Positions 8,888-16,673 of a stretch of DNA of 64,000 nucleotides are shown here, piece after piece (the first letter of the stretch is position 1; each line of letters begins with the position of its first letter). This DNA comes from an uncultured Micrococcales bacterium. GTDB lineage: Bacteria > Actinomycetota > Actinomycetes > S36-B12 > UBA10799. The translations under genes were made by a program, and so were the position numbers. The notes under the pieces were generated by a model. That model had not been told where the DNA came from. It made no database searches and saw nothing but the letters and a program-made list of their open reading frames with translations. Location of the stretch: contig CALFYG010000089.1 in the NCBI GenBank assembly GCA_937952095.1, positions 1,114-65,113 of the forward strand, given 5' to 3'.

Positions 8888-9522
8888 TGAGTCCCCGAAC
8901 GGCGGCCCGGACCTCGGGACCGGACATCGAGATCCTGGTCGACCCCTTGGTCCAGGAACACCGAGCGGCAACAGTGTCAGCCCTGGAGCTGGCGGGCCCG
9001 GCGCTGGAGAAGGTGGCTGCGTGGGGCCGACGTCTGGCCGAGAAGTTGTCCACGGGCGGTCGTCTGCTGGTGTGCGGCAACGGCGGTAGCGCCGCAGAGG
9101 CTCAGCATCTGAGCGCGGAGATCGTGGGCCGTTTCCGGGACGACCGCCCGGCCTTCTCCGCACTGGCGCTGCATGCCGAGACCTCGAGTCTGACCGCGAT
9201 CGCCAACGATTACGGCCACGTGCACATGTACGCGCGGCAGGTGGAGGCGCACGCCAATCCCGGTGATGTGCTCCTTCTGCTGTCGACGAGCGGCCGTAGC
9301 CCGAATCTTCTCGAGGCGGCTGATCGCGCCAACCGGCTCGGCGTGCGCACCTGGGGTCTCACCGGACCTGCCCCCAATCCTTTGGCACAGCGCTGCGATG
9401 AGGCCGCGACCGTGCCGAGCGTGTCCACCAGCGCGATCCAGGAGGTGCACCTGGTCGCCGTTCACGTGCTCTGTGCAGCATTCGACGCCGCATTGCCGGC
9501 CACTTCGCGGCAGGTGCTCTGA
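8887..9522 (+). CDS. gmhA: phosphoheptose (sedoheptulose-7-P) isomerase, SIS domain
   Basis: 1-nt TAATG overlap. LLVCGNGGSAAEAQHLSAEIVGRF...ALALHAETSSLTAIANDYG...LLLSTSGRSPN. Confidence 0.88.
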   Translation: MSPRTAARTSGPDIEILVDPLVQEHRAATVSALELAGPALEKVAAWGRRLAEKLSTGGRLLVCGNGGSAAEAQHLSAEIVGRFRDDRPAFSALALHAETSSLTAIANDYGHVHMYARQVEAHANPGDVLLLLSTSGRSPNLLEAADRANRLGVRTWGLTGPAPNPLAQRCDEAATVPSVSTSAIQEVHLVAVHVLCAAFDAALPATSRQVL

Positions 9523-10925
9523 TGTCCCCGGATTGGACCGACGCGCCGCCGCTGGTGGTCGTGGGCGACAGCCTCCTGGATGTCGATGTAGACGGCTCCT
9601 GCACGCGAATGTGCCCCGACGAACCGGCCCCGGTGGTCGATGCCAGCCGGAGGATCGATCGCCCAGGAGGTGCCGGTCTTGCGGCGCTGCTCGCCGCCCG
9701 TGACCGCCCGGTCGTGCTTGTCACCGCGATCGGTGCCGATGAGGCAGGTGAGCGACTGCGGGAGCTGCTGGACGGACGCGTCACGCTTGTCGATCTCGGC
9801 GCCGCACACACCGTGGTCAAGACGAGGGTGCGTGTGGATGGCCGCACGCTGGTGCGAATCGACGAGTCCGGTACCGGGCATCCGGGCATTCATGGCGTGC
9901 CCGACGACGTCGCCGCCTGGTTGCGGTCCGCCGCTGCGGTGCTGGTCAGCGATTACGGCCTCGGAGTCACCTGTGAACCCGGCATCCGTCGGCTACTGGC
10001 GGCGGGACCCACTGTGTGGGACCCCCATCCTCGCGGCGCACAGCCCGTGCCCGGCGTCACGCTGGTTACCCCCAACGTCCAGGAGGCGTCGTACTTCTCA
10101 GGCCTGACAGGCAGCGGTCTGGCCGCCGCGATCAGGCAGGGCACGGACCTTGTCGAGCGCTGGTCCGCCAGCGGCGTGGCGGTTACGCGTGGCCGCGACG
10201 GGGTTGTCCTGTGCGCGCCGGACAGCCCGCCGCTGGTCGTGCCCGCCGAGCGGATACATGCAGGCGACACGTGCGGTGCAGGCGACGCGTTCGCGGCCGG
10301 TACCGCCCTCGCCCTGGCCACCGGGGCTGATGCCGCGCAGGCGCTGTCGGCCGGCGTTCGGCGAGCCGGGGACTTCCTGGGCAGGGGAGCGGTGGCAGGC
10401 CTGGATGCCCCTGAGTTCCGTGCGCCGACGCCGATCGGTGCCGATCAGGTCGTCGCCCGCACGCGAGCCGGCGGTGGCACCGTCGTGATGACCGGTGGCT
10501 GCTTCGATCTGCTGCATGCGGGCCATGTGGCGTATCTGGAGGCGGCCCGGTCGCTGGGCGACTGTCTGGTGGTCGCCCTCAACAGTGACGACAGTGTGCG
10601 CGGACTCAAGGGACCGGGCCGTCCGCTGGTTCCGGCCGCGGACCGCAGCCGGGTCCTGAGTGCCTTGGCCTGCGTCGACGCGGTCGAGGTGTTCGAGACC
10701 AGCACCCCGGTCCCGGTCCTCGAGCGCCTCAAGCCGGACATCTTCGCCAAGGGCGGGGACTACCGGGGCCACTCGATCCCGGAGGCCGCCGCGGTGCAGG
10801 CCTACGGCGGCCAGGTGGTTGTGCTGCCCGAACTGATCGGGCGCAGCAGTACCCGCCTCGTGCATGCGGCACGTGGAGCGGATCACGCAGTGGAGGAGCA
10901 GACATGTCGGACGCAGTCGGCCTAG
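9522..10925 (+). CDS. hldE: bifunctional heptose 7-phosphate kinase / heptose 1-phosphate adenylyltransferase
   Basis: 1-nt TGATG overlap. N-terminal PfkB kinase (VVGDSLLDVDV...GDTCGAGDAF) plus C-terminal cytidylyltransferase (VVMTGGCFDLLHAGHVAYLEAARSLGDCLVVALNSDDSVRGLKGPGRP). Confidence 0.88.
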   Translation: MSPDWTDAPPLVVVGDSLLDVDVDGSCTRMCPDEPAPVVDASRRIDRPGGAGLAALLAARDRPVVLVTAIGADEAGERLRELLDGRVTLVDLGAAHTVVKTRVRVDGRTLVRIDESGTGHPGIHGVPDDVAAWLRSAAAVLVSDYGLGVTCEPGIRRLLAAGPTVWDPHPRGAQPVPGVTLVTPNVQEASYFSGLTGSGLAAAIRQGTDLVERWSASGVAVTRGRDGVVLCAPDSPPLVVPAERIHAGDTCGAGDAFAAGTALALATGADAAQALSAGVRRAGDFLGRGAVAGLDAPEFRAPTPIGADQVVARTRAGGGTVVMTGGCFDLLHAGHVAYLEAARSLGDCLVVALNSDDSVRGLKGPGRPLVPAADRSRVLSALACVDAVEVFETSTPVPVLERLKPDIFAKGGDYRGHSIPEAAAVQAYGGQVVVLPELIGRSSTRLVHAARGADHAVEEQTCRTQSA

Positions 10926-11593
10926 GCCGGGTACTCATCACCGGAGGGGCATCCGGGCTCGGCGCAGCGGTGGCCGACGGCGTGGCAGCTGCCGGTGGAG
11001 AACCGATCGTGATGGACCTCGTCGCGCCTCGGCGCTCCCACGTCCACTTCGCCGTCGATCTCGCGGATACGGCAATGACCGAATCCGTGACGTCCTTCAT
11101 CGCCGCGGATGGCCTCGACGCGGTGGTGACCTGTGCCGCGATCGACTCCTGCGGCCCGCTCGAGACGGTGAAGACCGAGGACTGGGAGCGCGTGGTTCAG
11201 GTCAATCTGATGGGTACTGCGGCTGTGATTCGGGCCTCGATGAGTGCCCTGCTGGAGTCCCAGGGGCAGGTCGTGACGGTGGCATCCACCTTGGGCAGGC
11301 GCGCCTTGCCCGACGCCTCCGCCTACTGTGCCTCCAAGTTCGGCGTGGTGGGCCTGACGCGGGCGCTCAATGCGGAGATGGGGCACCGTCTGCGCGTCAC
11401 CTGTGTCATGCCGGGGGGGATGGACACCCCGTTCTTCGACGGCCGGCCACAGAAGTACAGGCCGGCCGCCGACGCCCCCCTGATGGTGCCGGAGGACGTG
11501 GCGGAGGTCATCGTGGACGTCCTTCGCCGGCGGGGATCGGCCACCGTCCCGGAGATCATGATCACCCCTGGTGGGGAGACCTCATGGCCGTAG
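10904..11593 (+). CDS. classical SDR family oxidoreductase
   Basis: VLITGGASGLGAAVA...ASAYCASKFGVVGLTRAL. 22-nt overlap with hldE. Confidence 0.8.
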   Translation: MSDAVGLGRVLITGGASGLGAAVADGVAAAGGEPIVMDLVAPRRSHVHFAVDLADTAMTESVTSFIAADGLDAVVTCAAIDSCGPLETVKTEDWERVVQVNLMGTAAVIRASMSALLESQGQVVTVASTLGRRALPDASAYCASKFGVVGLTRALNAEMGHRLRVTCVMPGGMDTPFFDGRPQKYRPAADAPLMVPEDVAEVIVDVLRRRGSATVPEIMITPGGETSWP

Positions 11594-12474
11594 CCCTGGC
11601 GCTGCGTGCCGCCGGTGTGGGTGACCTGCTCACGGCGGTCCCGGCCCTGCGCGCCGTGGCGCAATGCGATGGGGTACGCCGACTGGAGATCGCAGCACCA
11701 GGTTGGCTGCATCCGCTGGTACATCTCGTTCCGGGGGTCGCAGGGGCGGTTGATGTCGATGGGCTGATCCCACGACGTGATCTGTCGGACGCCGTGGCGT
11801 TCAACATGCACGGTCGAGGCCCGCAGAGCCATCAGGCGCTGATGACCCGGGAGCCCAGGGAGCTGGTGGCGTTCGCGTGCCCCGGGGTGTGGGAGACCGG
11901 TCCGGAGTGGTTCGTGGATCCGGAGGAGCCGGAGCGGGAGAGGTTCTGCAGGCTCGTGCGCTGGATCGGTCTGGACGCAGACCCCGAACTGGTGGGCATT
12001 CGCCGTCCGGATCGCAGGAGTTCGTACGGTCACGTCGTTCTGCATGTCGGCGGCACGGACCCACGACGCAGATGGCCTCCCGAGTACTTCGCCGATCTGG
12101 CCCGCCGGTTGGCCGGCCACCGCATCGTGCTCACCGGGGGACCCGCCGACATCGTGATAGCCCGCCGCACCGCACACCTGGCCGGTCTGGCCAGCGATCA
12201 GGTTCTGGCAGGCCGGCTGGGACTCGAGGACCTTGCGGCGTTGATCGCCGACGCGCGCCTCGTGGTGACCGGGGACACGGGCGCGGCACACCTGGCCCAC
12301 GCGTACGGCGTTGCCTCCGTGGTGGTGTTCGGGCCCGCCTCTCCCGGACAGTGGGGGCCGCCCACCGCCGTCCGCTCGATCGTTCTGCGTGGTCCGGGCG
12401 AGGAACCGCTCGCGGCGGATGTGCCCGTGGCCGATGTGGAGAAGTCTGTGGCTGCGCTGCTGGAGCAGTCATGA
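11584..12474 (+). CDS. GT9 family glycosyltransferase (heptosyltransferase-like) 2
   Basis: 10-nt overlap. RAAGVGDLLTAVPALRAV...VVLHVGGTDPRRRWPPEYF...LEDLAALIADARLVVTGDTGAAHLAHAYGVASVVVFGP. Confidence 0.8.
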   Translation: MAVALALRAAGVGDLLTAVPALRAVAQCDGVRRLEIAAPGWLHPLVHLVPGVAGAVDVDGLIPRRDLSDAVAFNMHGRGPQSHQALMTREPRELVAFACPGVWETGPEWFVDPEEPERERFCRLVRWIGLDADPELVGIRRPDRRSSYGHVVLHVGGTDPRRRWPPEYFADLARRLAGHRIVLTGGPADIVIARRTAHLAGLASDQVLAGRLGLEDLAALIADARLVVTGDTGAAHLAHAYGVASVVVFGPASPGQWGPPTAVRSIVLRGPGEEPLAADVPVADVEKSVAALLEQS

Positions 12475-14033
12475 ATGGTCCTCCGGAGCTGCAGAAGTTG
12501 CCGAATACTCAGAATCCATCGGGTCCGTCGAAACCGTCGCATCCGTGGAATCTGCAGGCTGCTTCGGACGACCCGGATCGTTGGCAACTTCAGCGGCTGG
12601 TGCCGTCCTTGGCCTGGGGCCGCGTGCTGGTCGTCGGCGATGTCCTGCTCGATGAGTGGCTACAGGGGTCATGCGCGCGGATCGCACGGGAGGCTCCGGT
12701 GCCCACGGTCACCATCGGCTATCGCGACGCCGCACCCGGAGGTGGCGGCAACACGGCGGTGAACGTCGCCAGTCTGGGTGGCCAGGCCCGCCTGATCTGC
12801 ACTGTGGGCGATGACGTCGTGGCCGACGAGCTGGTGGGCCACCTTCGGCGCCGCGGTGTGGATCCGTCCCTGGTGAGGGTCCCTGGGCGGCGCACGGTGG
12901 CCAAGCGGCGGGTCGTCGTGGACGGGCACGTCCTCGCGCGCTTCGACGAAGGTGACACCGGGCCGACTCCCGAGGCGATCGACATCGAAGTGGCCGAGCG
13001 CGTGCGCGCCCTGGCGCAGTCCAGCGATGCGGTCGTGGTGGCGGACTACGGACTCGGGACGTTGGGGGGAGCCGCCGTCAAGGAGGCACTCGCACACGTG
13101 GGTACGAGGATCCCGCTGGTGGTCGACGCTCACGACGTGTGTGCCTGGAGCGGAGTGAATCCCGGTGTGGTCACTCCCAACTGGTCCGAGACCGCCGACA
13201 TCCTGGGCCTCGACCCGCGCATGACGGGGCAGGCGCGCATCGAGCGCATCTGGGGTCACCGGCAGAGGCTGATGGCTGCGACCGGTAGCAGGCAGGTGAT
13301 CGCAACGTTGGACGGTGATGGGGCCCTGATAGTCGATGCCGAGGGGGTGCGCCACATACCCACGCGCAGGGTGGTCGATGAGCACAGCGCCGGGGCGGGG
13401 GACACATTCGCTGCAGCGCTGGCCCTGTCCCTGGCGGTCGGCGCCCCGATGGCGCAGGCCGCACATCTGGCGGTCTCCGCGGCCACGGTGGTCGTGCAGC
13501 GCCCCGGTACCGCGACGTGTTCGGCCGCCGACCTCGTCGCCGGCCCGGACACCGCACTGCTCACGACCGAACAACTCGCCGGGCTCTGTCGCGAGCATCG
13601 GCACGCTGGCCGCACGATCGCCTTCACCAACGGGTGCTTCGACGTACTCCACGCCGGGCACGTCGCGAGTCTGCGGGCTGCCGCCGAGCAGGCCGATGTC
13701 GTGGTGGTCGCCCTCGACAGCGACGCCGGGGTGCGTGCGGTGAAGGGTCCTGGTCGCCCGGTGAACCGCCTGGCCGACCGCGCCGCGGTGCTGGCCGCCC
13801 TGGACACCGTGGACCACGTGGTGTCGTTCGACCGGCCGGCCCCCGTGTCACTCATCGAGATGATCCGCCCCGACGTGTACGTCAAGGGGGAGGATCACGA
13901 CATCAGCACGTTGCCCGAGGCTCAGGCTGTGACCCGGTTCGGCGGGCGCCTTCACCGTGTGCCACTGCTGCCGGACCGTTCGACCAGCAGTGTGATCGCC
14001 GCGTGTGCCGCGGCACAGGGGCGCCCGGCGTGA
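12471..14033 (+). CDS. second HldE-like bifunctional sugar-phosphate kinase / nucleotidyltransferase
   Basis: ATGA overlap. PfkB domain (VLVVGDVLLDEW...PGGGGNTAVNVASLG...GAGDTFAAAL) plus IAFTNGCFDVLHAGHVASLRAAAEQADVVVVALDSDAGVRAVKGPGRP. Carries a ~45-aa Pro/Ser/Asn-rich N-terminal extension. Confidence 0.82.
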   Translation: MNGPPELQKLPNTQNPSGPSKPSHPWNLQAASDDPDRWQLQRLVPSLAWGRVLVVGDVLLDEWLQGSCARIAREAPVPTVTIGYRDAAPGGGGNTAVNVASLGGQARLICTVGDDVVADELVGHLRRRGVDPSLVRVPGRRTVAKRRVVVDGHVLARFDEGDTGPTPEAIDIEVAERVRALAQSSDAVVVADYGLGTLGGAAVKEALAHVGTRIPLVVDAHDVCAWSGVNPGVVTPNWSETADILGLDPRMTGQARIERIWGHRQRLMAATGSRQVIATLDGDGALIVDAEGVRHIPTRRVVDEHSAGAGDTFAAALALSLAVGAPMAQAAHLAVSAATVVVQRPGTATCSAADLVAGPDTALLTTEQLAGLCREHRHAGRTIAFTNGCFDVLHAGHVASLRAAAEQADVVVVALDSDAGVRAVKGPGRPVNRLADRAAVLAALDTVDHVVSFDRPAPVSLIEMIRPDVYVKGEDHDISTLPEAQAVTRFGGRLHRVPLLPDRSTSSVIAACAAAQGRPA

Positions 14034-15142
14034 GTCCTACCCCCCGCGAGCTGCCACGGCTCGATCATGTCGAGTCGATCGCCGTGCTGCGGGCCAACGC
14101 GATGGGGGACTACATCGCAGCCGAGCCGGCGCTGACCGCGTTGCGCAGCGCAGCGCCGCGCGCACACATCACCCTTCTCGCCTCCGCCTGGCACTTGGAG
14201 GCTCTGGCCGGGCGGCCCGGACCCGTCGACGAGGTGATCGTCCTGCCGGAAGTCCCTGGCGGCGCCGCCGTGGAGGAATCCGACTTCATCGCCGGCTTGC
14301 GATCACGGCGTTTCGAGATCGCGTTGCAGATGCACGGTGGTGGCCGCAACAGCAACCCGATCGTGGGCGCGCTCGGAGCCTCGTTCACCGCCGGTTTCCA
14401 GGCGGATGATGCGCCGCCCTTGGACGCCACCCTCGCGTACCAGTACTGGCAGCCGGAGGTGTTCAAGTGGCTCGATGTCGTCGGTCTGTTGGGTGTGGTG
14501 GCCCAGCGGGTGCGACCGCGGTTCCCGGTCATTGCTGAAGACCGCCGCGCTGCAGCCGAGAGCCTGGCCATGGCAGGCGTCGAGCCCGACACGGCGTACG
14601 TCGTGATTCATCCTGGCGCGACCGATCCGCAGCGTCGGTGGCCGGCGCAGCGGTTCGCGCAGGTCGCCGAAGCACTGCGCTGCATGGGGTTACAGGTCGT
14701 CGTGATCGGGACCCCCTCAGAAGGACCCGTCGTCGAGGAGGTGGTCCGTAACGCCCCCGGTGCGGTAGCTGTATCGACGCCGGACTTCGCGGCGCTGGTC
14801 GGCGTGCTGGAGGGGTCTCGGTTGCTGGTGGGCAACGACAGCGGTCCGCGGCACCTCGCAGAGGCCGTCGGGACCGCCACGGTTTCGATCTACTGGTGCG
14901 GCAATGTGATCAACGCCGGTCCGCTGTCACGCGATCGACACCGGGTACACATCTCCTGGACCACACACTGCCCGCAATGCGGCCGGATTCGTGTTGGGGA
15001 GCCCTTCCCCCCGCGTTGTTACGATGAAATCAGTTTCGTCAGCGACGTCCGGACGCAGTCGGTGATCCGAAGCGCCGAGGAGTTGCTCGGTCCGGCGGGC
15101 ACCATCCACCGACGATGCGACGGCAGGAGGGCGGCGTCATGA
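14030..15142 (+). CDS. GT9 family glycosyltransferase (heptosyltransferase-like) 3
   Basis: GTGA overlap. IAVLRANAMGDYIAAEPALTAL...VVIHPGATDPQRRWPAQRF...FAALVGVLEGSRLLVGNDSGPRHLAEAVGTATVSIYW, then the C-terminal Cys cluster CPQCG...RC. Confidence 0.8.
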   Translation: MSPTPRELPRLDHVESIAVLRANAMGDYIAAEPALTALRSAAPRAHITLLASAWHLEALAGRPGPVDEVIVLPEVPGGAAVEESDFIAGLRSRRFEIALQMHGGGRNSNPIVGALGASFTAGFQADDAPPLDATLAYQYWQPEVFKWLDVVGLLGVVAQRVRPRFPVIAEDRRAAAESLAMAGVEPDTAYVVIHPGATDPQRRWPAQRFAQVAEALRCMGLQVVVIGTPSEGPVVEEVVRNAPGAVAVSTPDFAALVGVLEGSRLLVGNDSGPRHLAEAVGTATVSIYWCGNVINAGPLSRDRHRVHISWTTHCPQCGRIRVGEPFPPRCYDEISFVSDVRTQSVIRSAEELLGPAGTIHRRCDGRRAAS

Positions 15143-15465
15143 GCACGGACCCGTCGAGGCTGGTCGTCTCCGACTCGGTGGCGAGGCTGATCCTTGCCGC
15201 GGAAGTCACTGGTGAGGACTCGGAACTGGTGCGAGAGCGCGTCAGTTCTGAGCTGCGGCAGCCGCTCTCGCGCTTCGTGATCGATCTGTCTGCGTGCAAG
15301 TTCCTGGACCCGGAGGCCGTCGATCTGATCGGCTCAGTGATGGGCGTGGCCGACCAGCGGGACATACCCATCGTCCTTGAAGGTGCGTCGGCCAACGTGC
15401 GAGTGATTCTCGGGATCGCCGGACTGCTGGACTTCCCGGCCGACCGGGGAGAGGGTGGATCATGA
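15139..15465 (+). CDS. STAS domain protein (anti-sigma-factor antagonist-like)
   Basis: ATGA overlap. ...RFVIDLSACKFLDPEAVDLIGSVMGVADQRDIPIVLEGASANVRVILGIAGL. The DSSG phosphoserine position appears to read DPEA. Confidence 0.75.
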   Translation: MSTDPSRLVVSDSVARLILAAEVTGEDSELVRERVSSELRQPLSRFVIDLSACKFLDPEAVDLIGSVMGVADQRDIPIVLEGASANVRVILGIAGLLDFPADRGEGGS

Positions 15466-16673
15466 ATCCGGTGGACGGGGGGAGCCGGTGGGAGGCCCCG
15501 GACACCCCACTGGTGCAGACAGTCGCGGCCCTCGGCAAGGAGGTTCGCGATCTGCGTGCCTCGGCACGGCTGCGCGCAGTGATCGAACAGGCCAAGGGCG
15601 TGCTGGTCGAGCGGCACGGGATCTCACTTGACGAGGCCTTCTCACGGCTGCGCAGCATGTCCCAGGAGCACAACGTCAAGCTTGTGGAAGTGGCGGCCAC
15701 AGTCGTGGGTGTGGCGCTTCCCGAGGACGAGGCACCGGAGTCCGCGGAGATCCTCGTCGACGAGGCCTTTCCGGCGTCGGAGGCGACCTCAGCGACGTGG
15801 AAGACCCTGCGCGAGCAACCGGATGTGAAGGCCGGCGTTGTCACTGCCGTGATGGATGCGGTGGCCAGTGCCACCGACGAGGGGTCGGAGGCGGCACAGC
15901 TGCTGCTGGAACTGATGGAGCCGTCCGGGGCGGCGGCGTTGACGATGTACCGGACGAGCGTCGATGGTTCGTTGCGCCTGGTCGGCCACGTGAACATTCC
16001 GGGGGACCTGGTCAGCTCCTGGCGCAGCGTGCCACCGAGCACCGATGTGCCGTTCGTCCGCTCGGTGGTGGACAACGTCGCCCTGTTCTGGGGGGACCGC
16101 GCGGAGCGGATCGCCGAGTTCCCGCAGGTGGCGCGCAGCGGTTCGGCCGGCTTCGAGGCGACCGCGACCATCCCCGTGGTGGAGGAAGAGACGGTCATCG
16201 GTGTGATCGGTCTGATCTGGCGTGATCGGCAAACGTTCGACGACCTGCGCAAACGGTCGATCACCAAGACCGTTCAGCGCGTGGCTCCGCTGTTGATGCG
16301 CAATCTGCGGGCCGCGGATCCGGAACTCGACTGGATGAACACCCTGATGCGGCTGCATCTGGATCCGTGGCTGATCCTCGATATCGTCCAGAACTCACAG
16401 GGCCAGCCCACCGATTTCGTCGTCCAGGATGTCGCCTCCAACGTCGCTGGTGGCGGCGACTGGCTGGGGCGCCGCCTGTTCGAGATCTGGCCCTTCCTCG
16501 CCGAGGACGGGACAGGTGACACCCTCATGCAGTTGGCGAGGACCGGCGGATCCTGGTCGGTAACCATCGCTGAGGAGTCGGCGGCGCCGTGGGGGGTCCC
16601 GGGGGGCATCCTGCGGTCCGTCCGCCTGGGGCTACGTGTGGCTCTGCTCTGGCGCACCGGCCAGCCGCACTAG
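15462..16673 (+). CDS. ANTAR domain (N-terminal) + GAF + PAS-like protein
   Basis: ATGA overlap. LRAVIEQAKGVLVERHGISLDEAFSRLRSMSQEHNVKLVEVAATVV is the ANTAR motif. The middle has a GAF-like pattern (..ATIPVVEEETVIGVIGLIW) and the C-terminus is PAS-like. Confidence 0.75.
   Translation: MNPVDGGSRWEAPDTPLVQTVAALGKEVRDLRASARLRAVIEQAKGVLVERHGISLDEAFSRLRSMSQEHNVKLVEVAATVVGVALPEDEAPESAEILVDEAFPASEATSATWKTLREQPDVKAGVVTAVMDAVASATDEGSEAAQLLLELMEPSGAAALTMYRTSVDGSLRLVGHVNIPGDLVSSWRSVPPSTDVPFVRSVVDNVALFWGDRAERIAEFPQVARSGSAGFEATATIPVVEEETVIGVIGLIWRDRQTFDDLRKRSITKTVQRVAPLLMRNLRAADPELDWMNTLMRLHLDPWLILDIVQNSQGQPTDFVVQDVASNVAGGGDWLGRRLFEIWPFLAEDGTGDTLMQLARTGGSWSVTIAEESAAPWGVPGGILRSVRLGLRVALLWRTGQPH

Noticed and set aside
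14030-15142. C-terminal Cys cluster (WCG...HCPQCG...RCYDE) as a BAHT-type iron finger, implying protein heptosylation.
   Set aside because: A comparable Cys cluster is present in GT9-1 (ACAQTRARECPVAGHPCL). As far as I recall, such clusters are common in LPS-type GT9 enzymes, so this does not discriminate between the two types. Phylogeny is needed.
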